A DNA stretch of 64,000 bases from Alphaproteobacteria bacterium (GTDB taxonomy: Bacteria > Pseudomonadota > Alphaproteobacteria > UBA8366 > CAVOAK01), in assembly GCA_965217615.1 (NCBI GenBank), contig CBDCIT010000040.1, positions 6,053 through 70,052 of the forward strand, written 5' to 3'. A model generated the notes under the pieces. That model was given only the letters and a program-made list of their open reading frames with translations. It ran no database searches and had not been told where the DNA came from. The stretch's first letter is position 1, and the number at the start of each line of letters is the position of its first letter. A program made the position numbers and the translations under genes. Positions 38,501 through 47,250 of the stretch are shown in pieces.

Positions 38501-39212
38501 TGCCGCGTCTGACGTATCGTTCTCCGTTCCCGCCGGCAGTACCGTGGCTTTGGTTGGGCCGTCGGGCGCCGGCAAAACGACGCTTGCCCACCTTTTCATG
38601 CGATTTTGGGATCCCGAGCGCGGCGTCGTCCACATGGACGATCGTGAAATCCGCGACTACAAACTCGACCACTTGCGGTCGCAAATTGCGCTCGTCGCCC
38701 AGGACACCTTCCTGTTCAACGACACGCTGCGAGCGAACGTCGCGATTGCAAGGCCTGAGGCCAGCGGCGCCGAAATCGAACTGGCCATCGAGCGAGCCGC
38801 ACTCTCCGAGTTCGTGAGTTCGCTCCCCGACGACCTCGACACACGTGTCGGCGAGCGGGGCGTGCGGCTCTCCGGCGGGCAGCGTCAACGGGTTGCCATC
38901 GCCCGCGCCTTCCTTAAGGACGCGCCGGTCATCATCCTCGACGAAGCGACCTCGCATCTTGACGCTGTCAACGAACAGTCGGTCCGCCATTCGCTGGAGG
39001 ACCTGATGAGCGAGCGCACGACAATCGTCATCGCCCACCGGCTCTCCACGGTCCGCAGCGCCGACCACATCGTGGTCTTGGACGAGGGCAAAGTCGTGGA
39101 AAACGGTACCCATGGCGAGCTCTTGGCTCGTCGCGGACTCTATGCGCGTCTGGTCGCACGACAACTAGCCGGCGCGGCCTTACCGGCCGCGGAAGTCACT
39201 GCCGCCGACTAG
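35592..39212 (+). CDS. fused ABC exporter, two TMD-NBD halves in one 1,206-aa protein (CydD/CydC-like)
   Basis: Walker A motifs GHSGAGKST and GPSGAGKTT. Signatures LSGGQRQRIAIARAL and LSGGQRQRVAIARAF. Six TM helices precede each NBD. The CydDC assignment is from memory of N-terminal patterns and is only moderate. Confidence 0.7.
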   Translation: MYLDRRLWAFTEGVRGRIAFSVLVGLIAATVGIARLALLGWLLAKVFHGDAVETFVGPFAAVAGVMVLRGLLEYWRTMIAHRTAAKVQLHVRKLLYDKVTALGPAYFGLERTGSVILTMIDGIEQLETYFGQYLPQIVVAVLMPVGIFAFVAFLDLPAASVLFAFALLTLIAPSVFHSWNTRNSRARNTAYKGFSAEFLDSVQGLATLKAFGQARGRADLLARKAKDVFDSTMWVLATNTLARGITDTGIAVAAASTLTLGAFRVSSGAMSLEALLVILMMGVEVFRPLRDLRMILHQGMTGQAAAEGVLALLAAEPQIHDPSQMPVLADSLAPSVEFRNVTFAYPQREQAANRDLNFRVASGERVGVVGHSGAGKSTIVRLLLRLYDSDEGAVLIGGQDIRDQSLDDLRSRLAVVNQDTYLFHGTVEDNLRFGKPTARVEELEDAARTANAHEFISRLPHGYQTVVGERGIRLSGGQRQRIAIARALLRDTPILVLDEALSAVDAESEAVIQEALDRLMRGRTTLVFAHRLSSVIGADRILVLDDGHVVESGTHGELMASGGAYYGLMAMQAQDTDAEHELIDIGVADEGDAAAEFDQLAYTDAVQSEPTDAILRAEGMGWLRATIELLRLVKSEKLRLVATFLFGVGRVCALIGIGVLSALIVAAVKADEPFGGLVVALAITAPLAGILHWFESWLAHDMAYRLLAVMRIALFRKLDELAPAYLVRRRTGDLVAMATQDVETVEFFFAHTVAPAFVAILVPAVVIGSLVVFGWQMAAALTPFLVLVGLSPFLMRHRVDTLGSRAREALGELNAHAVDTVQGLSEIVAFQQTEQRGEAFLDRVRRHHRLRLPFFSDLTIQTSLLEVATGLGGLAIVMSGAWLVANGELESGMLPLLTLLAMSAFLPVSEIANIGRQLADTLGSTRRIYAVHAEEPPVKDGPYDEASRVGHAVSLEMEHVDFRYFGANRLAASDVSFSVPAGSTVALVGPSGAGKTTLAHLFMRFWDPERGVVHMDDREIRDYKLDHLRSQIALVAQDTFLFNDTLRANVAIARPEASGAEIELAIERAALSEFVSSLPDDLDTRVGERGVRLSGGQRQRVAIARAFLKDAPVIILDEATSHLDAVNEQSVRHSLEDLMSERTTIVIAHRLSTVRSADHIVVLDEGKVVENGTHGELLARRGLYARLVARQLAGAALPAAEVTAAD

Positions 39213-39426
39213 ATCTCCCAAACTGGCAATGTTTGATGCCTGCTCGGTTTGGCTCTCCTTCCACACATGACCCAATCGGATGACGGCGTAGCCAATGCCG
39301 TGTAGCAAATGCCGACCGGTTGCCACGGCGGCTTAGTTGACCCTGGGCACTTGATATGAACTAATCGAAACGCGGCGCCAAAAAATCAAGAAACTTCTCC
39401 GTCGTTGAAACCACAGGGAAAGATTC

Positions 39427-40281
39427 GTGCGCGCTAACTGGGGCCTGATTCTCGTACCGTCCTTCTTGATCGGGATGATCATGCTGATCTTCCCCCAAGT
39501 CGTCTTTCTGCGCGCGAGCTTCTTCGAAGATTTAGGCTTAGGCCTAATTGGCGATGCGTTCAATTTTGCAAATTACATCGCTGCCTTCACGGATCCCTAT
39601 TATACGGATGCCCTGATACTGAATTTCAAACTGTCGACGACGGTGGTTTTCCTGACCATCGCCGTTTCATTCCCGGTGGCCTATACGATTGCCCGGATGA
39701 CCCCGAAATGGGCCATGCTCGTTCTGGCAGCCATTGTCGTCTCTGCATTCGTATCGGTCGCGATCAAGGTCCTCGGCATTATCATTCTGTTTGCCGCCGA
39801 TGGGCCGCTGGTGCAGGGGCTCAGGGGACTTGGCATCATTGGCGAACGGTTCGCCGTGATCGGCACCATGCCTGGCGTGATCGTCGGGCTAACGCATCTC
39901 GGTATCTCGTTCATGGTGCTGATGTTGTTCAGCGTGATCCAGACCGTACCGAGGTATCTGGAAGAGGCGGCCGAAATCCATGGTGCGAAGCGCTGGCGGG
40001 TTTACTGGCGGGTGATTATCCCGCTCAGCCTGCCGGGTCTGATTAGTACATCGCTCCTGCTCTTCAATATCATCATGGGTGCGTTCGTGTCGGCACTCAT
40101 TCTGGGCGGTGGGAAAATCCTGACATTACCAGTGCTGATCCAGCAGTCGCTGTTGGTGCATGTTGAGTATGGCATGTCGGCAACGCTTTCAGCGCTGCTG
40201 CTGATCTTCGTTCTGTCGATCAATATCCTTTCGATTTATCTCGTGACGCGCGTTCGCGCGGCACGGCTGGCGGTCACATGA
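39427..40281 (+). CDS. ABC importer permease (PotB-like)
   Basis: GTG start, six TM helices, EAA-type loop (LEEAAEIHGAKRWRVYWRVIIPLSLPG). Confidence 0.8.
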   Translation: MRANWGLILVPSFLIGMIMLIFPQVVFLRASFFEDLGLGLIGDAFNFANYIAAFTDPYYTDALILNFKLSTTVVFLTIAVSFPVAYTIARMTPKWAMLVLAAIVVSAFVSVAIKVLGIIILFAADGPLVQGLRGLGIIGERFAVIGTMPGVIVGLTHLGISFMVLMLFSVIQTVPRYLEEAAEIHGAKRWRVYWRVIIPLSLPGLISTSLLLFNIIMGAFVSALILGGGKILTLPVLIQQSLLVHVEYGMSATLSALLLIFVLSINILSIYLVTRVRAARLAVT

Positions 40282-41198
40282 TCGAAGAACAATCCACCCC
40301 TGCCTCTTTGCCCAGGACGCGCGCCCTGAACGGATACAGCCGCATGATGCGACGGCTGGATGCCCGCCGCGTTCGGCGCGTCTGCGCGCTCACCTGGTTG
40401 TGGTTTGTTGTGGCTGCTATCTACGCGCCCATCATCGTCGTGATCGGCGCGTCGTTCGATTCCGGCTCCTATGTAAGCACGCGGGCGTTCCTCTATTTCC
40501 CGCCACGGGGAATTTCGCTGCAGTGGTACATGGATATCCATCCGAGGCTATGGCAATCCCTTTGGGTCAGTGTCTCGATGGCAACGGTATCGTGCGCCTG
40601 CGGTCTGCTGCTTGGGGTGCCAGCGGCACTCGGGCTAATCCGCGGTAATTTCCGCGGCAAGATCGTTCTCGGAACGCTGTTCCGGGCGCCTCTACAGATG
40701 CCCTTCATCGTGATCGGCGTGGCATTTCTTCAGGGCTATTACGCGATCGGCAACCTGTTTGGCATTCAGATCGTCGCCACTTTTACGGGGCTGGTGATCG
40801 GCCATGTGTTCGTTGCAACACCATACGTTGTGGGCGCCGTTGGTGTACAGCTGCAGCGCTTCAACCCCGCGATGGAGGAGGCAGCCCTCATTCACGGTGC
40901 CAGCAGATGGAGCACTTTCCGCCGCATCACGGTGCCAATCATCATGCCGGGCATTTATGCGGGCGGCCTTTACGCCTTCCTTGTCTCGTTCGCCGACGTG
41001 ACGATATCGCTGTTTCTCGCTGGGCCGAACGCGACGCCGTTTCCGGTGCAGGTGCTGTTTTCCATCGATCAGGATTTCGAGCCGACAATTACTTCGATGG
41101 CCACGATCGTATTCTTCGGTTCACTCGCCGTGCTTCTGCTCATCCAGCGTCTTGTTGGCCTGGATGTGCTGCTGCGCGGCGGGGGGAGCAGCGCGTAA
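40278..41198 (+). CDS. ABC importer permease (PotC-like)
   Basis: 4-nt overlap with the upstream permease. EAA loop MEEAALIHGASRWSTFRRITVPIIMPG. Confidence 0.8.
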   Translation: MIEEQSTPASLPRTRALNGYSRMMRRLDARRVRRVCALTWLWFVVAAIYAPIIVVIGASFDSGSYVSTRAFLYFPPRGISLQWYMDIHPRLWQSLWVSVSMATVSCACGLLLGVPAALGLIRGNFRGKIVLGTLFRAPLQMPFIVIGVAFLQGYYAIGNLFGIQIVATFTGLVIGHVFVATPYVVGAVGVQLQRFNPAMEEAALIHGASRWSTFRRITVPIIMPGIYAGGLYAFLVSFADVTISLFLAGPNATPFPVQVLFSIDQDFEPTITSMATIVFFGSLAVLLLIQRLVGLDVLLRGGGSSA

Positions 41199-41254
41199 GC
41201 GTTGGCGTATAGACACTAAAACCATAACCACAGGAGTATCGAAAGGGAGACGTC

Positions 41255-42361
41255 ATGCAAGTAAATTCAATCATGCGGTCGCTTCGCCTTCTCGGCGTAG
41301 CGGGTGCCGTCATTGGGCTGATGTTCACGGCGATGCCGCAGGCCTCCGCCCAGTCGAAGTTGTTCGATAACGTCAAGATTCGCATCGCAACCTTCCCGGG
41401 CACCTGGGAGATACGGATCAGGGAAGAAGTCGGTCCGGCGATGGAGAAGGCCGGGATCGAGATGGAGTTCATCGGCGGGCGTACCGAACAATTTTTGCAG
41501 AAGCTGATCGCGGCCCGCGGTCAGGCGCAGCCCTTCGATGTGGTCGAAATCACGGACCATGTTCTGGCCGAGTTCATGCAGGGCAATTTCCTGCAGAAAA
41601 TCAACCTCGACAACATTCCGAACAAGGCCAAGGTGCAGCCGGACTTCTACGACGACTATAAGGTCGGGTATTGGATGCACCTCGGGGCGATACAGTACAA
41701 TGTGGACAAGTTTAAGGAGAACGGTATCCCGCAACCGACCTCCTACAAGGACCTGCTGCATCCCAAGCTTAAGGGCAAGATCGTTTCACCGCCGCCCTTC
41801 AGCTACAACATGATCAGCCACATCGTAGCACTCGCCTACGAGAATGGTGGCGACGAGTCCAACATCGAGCCCGGCATGAAGGCGCTCGAGGCGTTCGTGC
41901 CTTATTTGCACTCATGGTCGGCGCCAACAATTGTGTCGCAGCTCATTAAGTCCGGCGACGTTTGGGCCACGTTCGGGTCCGCTGGTGGTGGTATGCGCCT
42001 GCAGGATGCCGGCGTACCCATTGGGATCCACCATTTGGGGGTCAAAGAGCATGTCGGTATGCCCAACGTCGGCTACATGGCCGCGGTCAAAGGCGGCAAG
42101 GTTGGGAAAGCCGTCGACTTCTTTATCAACGAGCTCATTGATGTGGACATGCAAGAGGGCATGTATCTGAAGAGTGGGTTGATCCCGACCAACCAGGACG
42201 TGCTCGCGAAGCATTGGAAGACCGCGCGGAAGGACACGAACGGCAAAGTCTTCAACATTATGGATCCAAGGCAAATGGCCAACTACTATTTCGTTGACTA
42301 TTCCAAGATCAACCGATCGAAGTGGGCCAAGAGGTTGTCGCGCATCCAGGCGATGAACTAG
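41255..42361 (+). CDS. ABC transporter periplasmic substrate-binding protein (PotD/PotF-like family 1)
   Basis: Signal peptide MRSLRLLGVAGAVIGLMFTAMPQASA, 368 aa. Confidence 0.75.
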   Translation: MQVNSIMRSLRLLGVAGAVIGLMFTAMPQASAQSKLFDNVKIRIATFPGTWEIRIREEVGPAMEKAGIEMEFIGGRTEQFLQKLIAARGQAQPFDVVEITDHVLAEFMQGNFLQKINLDNIPNKAKVQPDFYDDYKVGYWMHLGAIQYNVDKFKENGIPQPTSYKDLLHPKLKGKIVSPPPFSYNMISHIVALAYENGGDESNIEPGMKALEAFVPYLHSWSAPTIVSQLIKSGDVWATFGSAGGGMRLQDAGVPIGIHHLGVKEHVGMPNVGYMAAVKGGKVGKAVDFFINELIDVDMQEGMYLKSGLIPTNQDVLAKHWKTARKDTNGKVFNIMDPRQMANYYFVDYSKINRSKWAKRLSRIQAMN

Positions 42362-42448
42362 GTCGGGTGCTCAGTTTGGAGTGAAGTTTTGGGAGGGTGC
42401 CTCGTGCACCCTCCCATTTTTCGTTGTGATGCATGGCAGGGGGAGTAG

Positions 42449-43495
42449 GTGATGGATAACTGGGGCATAGCCGAGGAAGCGGCAGCGCTACACCGGGACG
42501 CGCCTGTTTTGGATATGAGCAAGACCTGGGTAGACGTGCCAACCTTCGAGGAGCGCGAGGAAACGCTCGTGGACGTCGCCGCGAATGGATGCGATTTCGT
42601 CTGTATAAGCCTCGCCCATGACTGGGAGGGTCTCGCCCTCACCATCAGCAACATTGCTAAGGATCGGGCTTGGTTCGAAGCCAACTCCGACCGCTTCGTC
42701 TTGATCTCGACGGCCGATGATATTCTGAAGGCGAAGCAGGAAGGTAAGCTTGCGGTCGCCTTCCTGTTCCAGGGCACGAACCCGCTCGCCGGCAATACCG
42801 ACCTCGTGGAGCTTTATTATCAACTCGGCGTCAGGACCATGCTGATCGCTTACAATATGAAGAACGCGGCCGGGGACGGCTGCATGGAACGCACCGATGG
42901 AGGTCTCTCTCGCTTCGGCGTCGCGGTGGTCGAGGAGATGAACCGCGTCGGCATGATCGTCGATGGCACCCACACCGGCTACCGCACGACCATGGACATG
43001 TTCGAGGTCTCCAAGCACCCGGTGAACTTTTCCCACTCGAACCCGTGGGGGCCCTGGAATCACCCCCGCAATATCCGTGACGATCAGATCAAGGCGTGCG
43101 CTCGCTCCGGCGGGGTCGTTGGCATCATGGGCGTCGGGACCTTCCTTGGAAATAACGACATCTCGATCGAGACCTTCATTCGACATATCGATTACGTTGC
43201 GGAACTTGTGGGCCCGGACCATGTCGGTCTTGGCCTCGACTATTTCCATAACTACAAGAAGAACAAGTCTCCCACTGCGTCGGCCCAAGTGAACCCCGTG
43301 GCGCTGCACGAGGAAGCCCTCAAGAAGGCCTCGGGCGGCAAGCCGACCGTCGCCTGGGACGATATCGATTTCTTCCCGCCGAGCAGTCTGCCGAAGTTGA
43401 CGGAGGATTTGATGAAAAACGGTTACACGGAGGCCGAAATTCGCGGTGTTCTGGGCGAGAACTGGCTGCGCGTGGCACGTCAAGTCTGGAAGTAG
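42449..43495 (+). CDS. M19 dipeptidase family protein, paralogue 2
   Basis: Collinear with 31507..32526 (IVDGTHTGYRTTMDMFEVSKHPVNFSHSNPWGPWNHPRNIRDDQIKACARSGGVVGIMG; both end ..VWK). Confidence 0.75.
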   Translation: MMDNWGIAEEAAALHRDAPVLDMSKTWVDVPTFEEREETLVDVAANGCDFVCISLAHDWEGLALTISNIAKDRAWFEANSDRFVLISTADDILKAKQEGKLAVAFLFQGTNPLAGNTDLVELYYQLGVRTMLIAYNMKNAAGDGCMERTDGGLSRFGVAVVEEMNRVGMIVDGTHTGYRTTMDMFEVSKHPVNFSHSNPWGPWNHPRNIRDDQIKACARSGGVVGIMGVGTFLGNNDISIETFIRHIDYVAELVGPDHVGLGLDYFHNYKKNKSPTASAQVNPVALHEEALKKASGGKPTVAWDDIDFFPPSSLPKLTEDLMKNGYTEAEIRGVLGENWLRVARQVWK

Positions 43496-43543
43496 CCCGC
43501 GCCGGTGGCGCCTAATATCGTGTCCCAAATTGGGAGACCTAAT

Positions 43544-44410
43544 ATGACGATCGAATTCAGACCACTCAGCGATGCTCTCGGCGCCGAGGCCGTTGGCGTC
43601 AATGCCGCCGATGATTTGTCCGACGCGACGGTGGCCGAACTCAATGATGGCTGGCTGCGTTACAACATTCTCCTGTTCCGTGACCAGGATCTGACCGTAG
43701 AGCAGCAAATGGCGTTCGCGCGGAGATTCGGCAAGCTCCTGAATCTAGCGCCGCCGGCCAAACCGTTTGTTCCGGAGCACCCCGAGTTATCCGTGTTCTC
43801 AAACATCAAGGTCGACGGCAAGGATATCGGCTCGCGTCCCGATCGCGCCTTTGGTGACAACTGGCACAGCGACCTGTCCTTCATGAGGGAACCCGCTGGC
43901 GGCTCTTTCTTCTATGCCAAGGAGGTGCCGGAGGGCGGCGGCGACGACACATGGTACGCCAACATGACCAAGGCATATGACGCGTTGCCGGACGATATGA
44001 AGAGCAGGCTAGAAGGCCTTCGCTGGAACTATAGCCATGTAACGACGCTACAGCTCCATAACCCCAAGCTTCCGCCATTTTCCGACGAGGACAAGCGCGC
44101 GCTGCCTGACGTTAGCCACCCCTTCGTGAATACGCATCCTGAAACCGGCGAAAGGGCTTTGTTTGTCGGCATTCTCGACACGCGCGAGGCGTCGGTCGAC
44201 GGCATGTCAAAAGAAGAGGGGGTCGAGTTTCTCGACGAAATCAAGGCGTTCGCGACACAGCCTCAATTCACGTACGCGCACCAATGGACTCCCGGTGAAG
44301 CCATTCTCTGGGACAACCGCTGCACCATGCACCGCGGGTCGATATTTCCCGACACGAACGGCCGCCGGTTGTGTTACCGCGCTACGATCGCGGGCGTCGC
44401 ACCTAGCTGA
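43544..44410 (+). CDS. TauD/TfdA-family Fe(II)/2-oxoglutarate dioxygenase
   Basis: ATG 43544 after GGGAGA. Contains WHSDLSFMREPAGGSFFYAKEVPEGGGDDTWYANM and WDNRCTMHRG. Confidence 0.85.
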   Translation: MTIEFRPLSDALGAEAVGVNAADDLSDATVAELNDGWLRYNILLFRDQDLTVEQQMAFARRFGKLLNLAPPAKPFVPEHPELSVFSNIKVDGKDIGSRPDRAFGDNWHSDLSFMREPAGGSFFYAKEVPEGGGDDTWYANMTKAYDALPDDMKSRLEGLRWNYSHVTTLQLHNPKLPPFSDEDKRALPDVSHPFVNTHPETGERALFVGILDTREASVDGMSKEEGVEFLDEIKAFATQPQFTYAHQWTPGEAILWDNRCTMHRGSIFPDTNGRRLCYRATIAGVAPS

Positions 44411-44428
44411 GAGCCGAGGCCTGCAACC

Positions 44429-44536
44429 GCTGACCACATTGTCGTGTTGGAAGAGGGCAAGGTCATGGAAAATGGCACTCACGGCGAGCTGTTGGCGTTC
44501 GAGTCCCACGCGGCCCGCGGGAACCTCCGCCAATGA
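44429..44536 (+). pseudogene. remnant of an ABC-transporter ATPase 3' end
   Basis: ADHIVVLEEGKVMENGTHGELLAFESHAARGNLRQ*. It has no upstream part. 83% nt identity over 69 nt to the 3' end of 35592..39212. Confidence 0.6.
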
Positions 44537-44647
44537 CCCAAAGCGGATCCGCAACTGCTAGGCGGTGGAATGAGCAAGTCTGGTGGCCCTGGGATGAAAA
44601 AACATGCATGATCTATTACCTGACGCGATCGTCGCCAGTTTCTTGAG

Positions 44648-45796
44648 GTGAAGATGAAGACTGACAGCGCAAACGGCGTCGGCGAGGTATTGCGGGCGCT
44701 GGCGGAGATCAGGGACCTCGATGAGAGCCAGGCCCGCTCGCTGCCGGCAGGGTTCTATGCGTCCGAGGAATATCTCGAGCTCGAGAAGGAAGAGATCTTC
44801 CGCAAGGAATGGATCTGCCTCGGCCGGGTCGATGAAGTATCTAAGCGAGGCGATTATTTCACGACCCAGCTCCTGGACGAACCGCTGATTGTTGCGCGTG
44901 GCGAGGACGACGAGGTCCGCGTGCTGTCAAACGTCTGCTGCCACCGCTCCTCGGTGATCCTTGAAGGCAAGGGCAATGCCAAGAATTTCGTTTGCCCCTA
45001 TCACGCCTGGACCTACGCCAACGACGGAAAGCTTTTGCGTGCGCCCTACATGGACAAGGTCAAGGCTTTCGACATCACGGGCTGCCGACTGCCGGAGCTG
45101 GCGTCTGAACATTGGCGCGGCTTCATCTATGTGAATCTGGACGGCAAGGCGAAGCCGCTAGCTCCACGGTTAAAGGGGTTGGAGCCCTACATCACGAACC
45201 ATCACCCAGAGGACATGGTCGTCAATGTCGTTCAGGATGACATTTGGCCGACAAATTGGAAGTGTCTCGCCGAGAACTTCATGGAGGGCTACCACCTGAG
45301 CACGGTGCATCACATAACCCTGCACGATCGCACGCCGACGCGGCTTTGCGAGAAGATCCCGCCGGGCGAGGGATACACCGGCTACAAGTCGCACTACACC
45401 CGCAAATATCCACAGAGGAAGCCCTACCATCCCGACCTCACGGCCGAGGAGAAGCGATACAGCATGTTCTTCTGGGTTTACCCCTCGCATGTTGTCGGCC
45501 TCGGCCCAAATAGCATCGGCTCGCTCTGCCTCCAACCCCGCGGAATCGGCGAAGTCGCCAACCGCGTCACACTGTCGTCGTTCTTAGAGGACCCTGCGCA
45601 AGTCCCGGAGTCGCGTGTGGAGGACTTCCACAAGATTATGGCAGAAGATCGCGTGCAACTAGCGCGTGTCCGCCGTGGATTGATGTCGCGCCACGTGGAA
45701 CCTAATCGGCTGGGACCGGCCGATCTCGAGGGCACCGTTTGGGATATGTTCCAGTATATGGCCCGGAAACTCGCGCCCCGAAATTTACGCAGATAG
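44648..45796 (+). CDS. Rieske [2Fe-2S] non-haem-iron oxygenase alpha-type subunit, paralogue P1
   Basis: Rieske motif CCHRSS..CPYHAWTY, iron motif ENFMEGYHLSTVH. The start is GTG 44648 or ATG 44654. Confidence 0.85.
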   Translation: MKMKTDSANGVGEVLRALAEIRDLDESQARSLPAGFYASEEYLELEKEEIFRKEWICLGRVDEVSKRGDYFTTQLLDEPLIVARGEDDEVRVLSNVCCHRSSVILEGKGNAKNFVCPYHAWTYANDGKLLRAPYMDKVKAFDITGCRLPELASEHWRGFIYVNLDGKAKPLAPRLKGLEPYITNHHPEDMVVNVVQDDIWPTNWKCLAENFMEGYHLSTVHHITLHDRTPTRLCEKIPPGEGYTGYKSHYTRKYPQRKPYHPDLTAEEKRYSMFFWVYPSHVVGLGPNSIGSLCLQPRGIGEVANRVTLSSFLEDPAQVPESRVEDFHKIMAEDRVQLARVRRGLMSRHVEPNRLGPADLEGTVWDMFQYMARKLAPRNLRR

Positions 45797-45895
45797 GCCA
45801 ACGGCCACGCCGGACGATTAGCAAACCATTAGCGCTGGCGGGGACACGATAGATGTCCAGTGCCCAGAATCGTCCCGCCAGAGTCGAATTACGGC

Positions 45896-47080
45896 CTATT
45901 CGGCCGCTTTCGCTTCGGGCGCCTGCCAGGAGAGATGCCAGCCCTTACGCTCCAGCTCGTCGGGGATGTCTTTCGCAGTTATCCCGTCACGCGTGTCGAT
46001 GCTGATTGCCACGCCGTCGATCCAGGTATTGGTTTCGACGCCCGTCGTTGCAGAAGCGTTCTTCATCATGTCCGGCGCCGGCCCGTGGATGTAACCCGAC
46101 GGCAAATGGGTCAGCATCGCCTTTCCGACATCTTCACGATGGATGAAGCTGCCCGCATGGTAGAACGCGACTTCGTCCATCTCGTCATTGGAATGGAAGG
46201 CCGGTACGCGCACGAGCTCCGGGTCGCTTTCGATCAGCGGCCGCGGCACGAACGTGCAAACCACGAAGCGATCGGCGACAAACGTGGTATGTGCGGAGAT
46301 CGGCATATGCATGCGGTGGCTCATTATCGGACGCAGGTCGCGCCAGTTTATGCGGACCGGCGATAAAGAGCCGTGCCAACCCACAGCGTCCAACGGATTG
46401 AAGGCATAGGTTGCGGTCGATATCTGGCCGTTCCGTTTGATCCGCAACTGCCAGCTTGTTTCGCCCTGCTGCGCCCTGAAGACATCATCGATGGCAGGGG
46501 TATCGAACATGGCTGGGTCAAACACGGTGTTCGTCCCCATCAATCCCTTGTCCGGCAACCTGAATGACTCGTTTGTTGCCTCGATCATCAGGATTTTCAG
46601 ATCGCCGTGGGGCTCGGAGCGCCACATGGTGCCGCGCGGCATGACGATGTAGTCGCCCTCTTGGAACTCTAAGTGGCCATAGTCGCAGAACAAGTGACCT
46701 TCGCCCTCGTGGATGAACAACAGGTCGTCGCCATCGGCGTTGCGCACCAGGTGATCCATCGCGCCCCTGGTGTTCCAGAAGCGGATCTTGCAATGCGCGT
46801 TGGAAATGCACTCGACGGCGTCCCAAGGCGACTTATCGACCTTGCCGTAGTCTCCAAGATCCCATGCCCGCCCGTGCAACGGTCCCTCGAACTTAGAAAA
46901 CTCAGTCGGCAGGTGGGTGTGGTACATGTGCGTTGCTGGGCCGTAAAAACCTTCCTTGCCGAGTTGGCGTTCGACCGTGCCTTCAGGCAGCGCGACATGT
47001 GCCTGACGCGTCGATCTGCCCTCGACCTTCGGCAAGGTGATCCAGTCCCAACCGAATTCTGCAGCTCGCCTATATGTCAT
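45896..47080 (-). CDS. homogentisate 1,2-dioxygenase-superfamily (cupin) protein, short form
   Basis: 394 aa. NADGDDLLFIHEGEGHL..EGDYIVMPRG, PLDAVGWHGS, FHSNDEMDE and YIHGP align by eye with HmgA blocks. The substrate is not inferable. Confidence 0.6.
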   Translation of the reverse strand: MTYRRAAEFGWDWITLPKVEGRSTRQAHVALPEGTVERQLGKEGFYGPATHMYHTHLPTEFSKFEGPLHGRAWDLGDYGKVDKSPWDAVECISNAHCKIRFWNTRGAMDHLVRNADGDDLLFIHEGEGHLFCDYGHLEFQEGDYIVMPRGTMWRSEPHGDLKILMIEATNESFRLPDKGLMGTNTVFDPAMFDTPAIDDVFRAQQGETSWQLRIKRNGQISTATYAFNPLDAVGWHGSLSPVRINWRDLRPIMSHRMHMPISAHTTFVADRFVVCTFVPRPLIESDPELVRVPAFHSNDEMDEVAFYHAGSFIHREDVGKAMLTHLPSGYIHGPAPDMMKNASATTGVETNTWIDGVAISIDTRDGITAKDIPDELERKGWHLSWQAPEAKAAE

Positions 47081-47250
47081 GGCTTCGGTGCTCCCGAATT
47101 ACGATGTTCGCTCTTGTGGTAAACGTTAATGCAGTGAGACGTATGCATCAAGCAGGCGGGGCACCGGGTGTCGCTAACACACGATATGACCGGTCTATGT
47201 AACAGATGATCTGTCCGGTTTTAGATTTCCTCCAGATCTGGAGGAATCGG

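Noticed and set aside
39061-44536. The 3' end of the CydDC-like gene and the ABC remnant as direct repeats flanking an inserted 5-kb block
   Set aside because: Identity is only about 83% over 69 nt, and it lies in the most conserved NBD C-terminal motif, with mostly third-position differences. This is compatible with an unrelated paralogue remnant rather than a duplication made by an insertion.
45835-45881. GC-rich imperfect hairpin between the convergent P1 and HGD-like genes as a bidirectional terminator
   Set aside because: It has an 8-bp core stem with bulges and an 18-nt loop, with no U-tract on either strand. The evidence is too weak to annotate.
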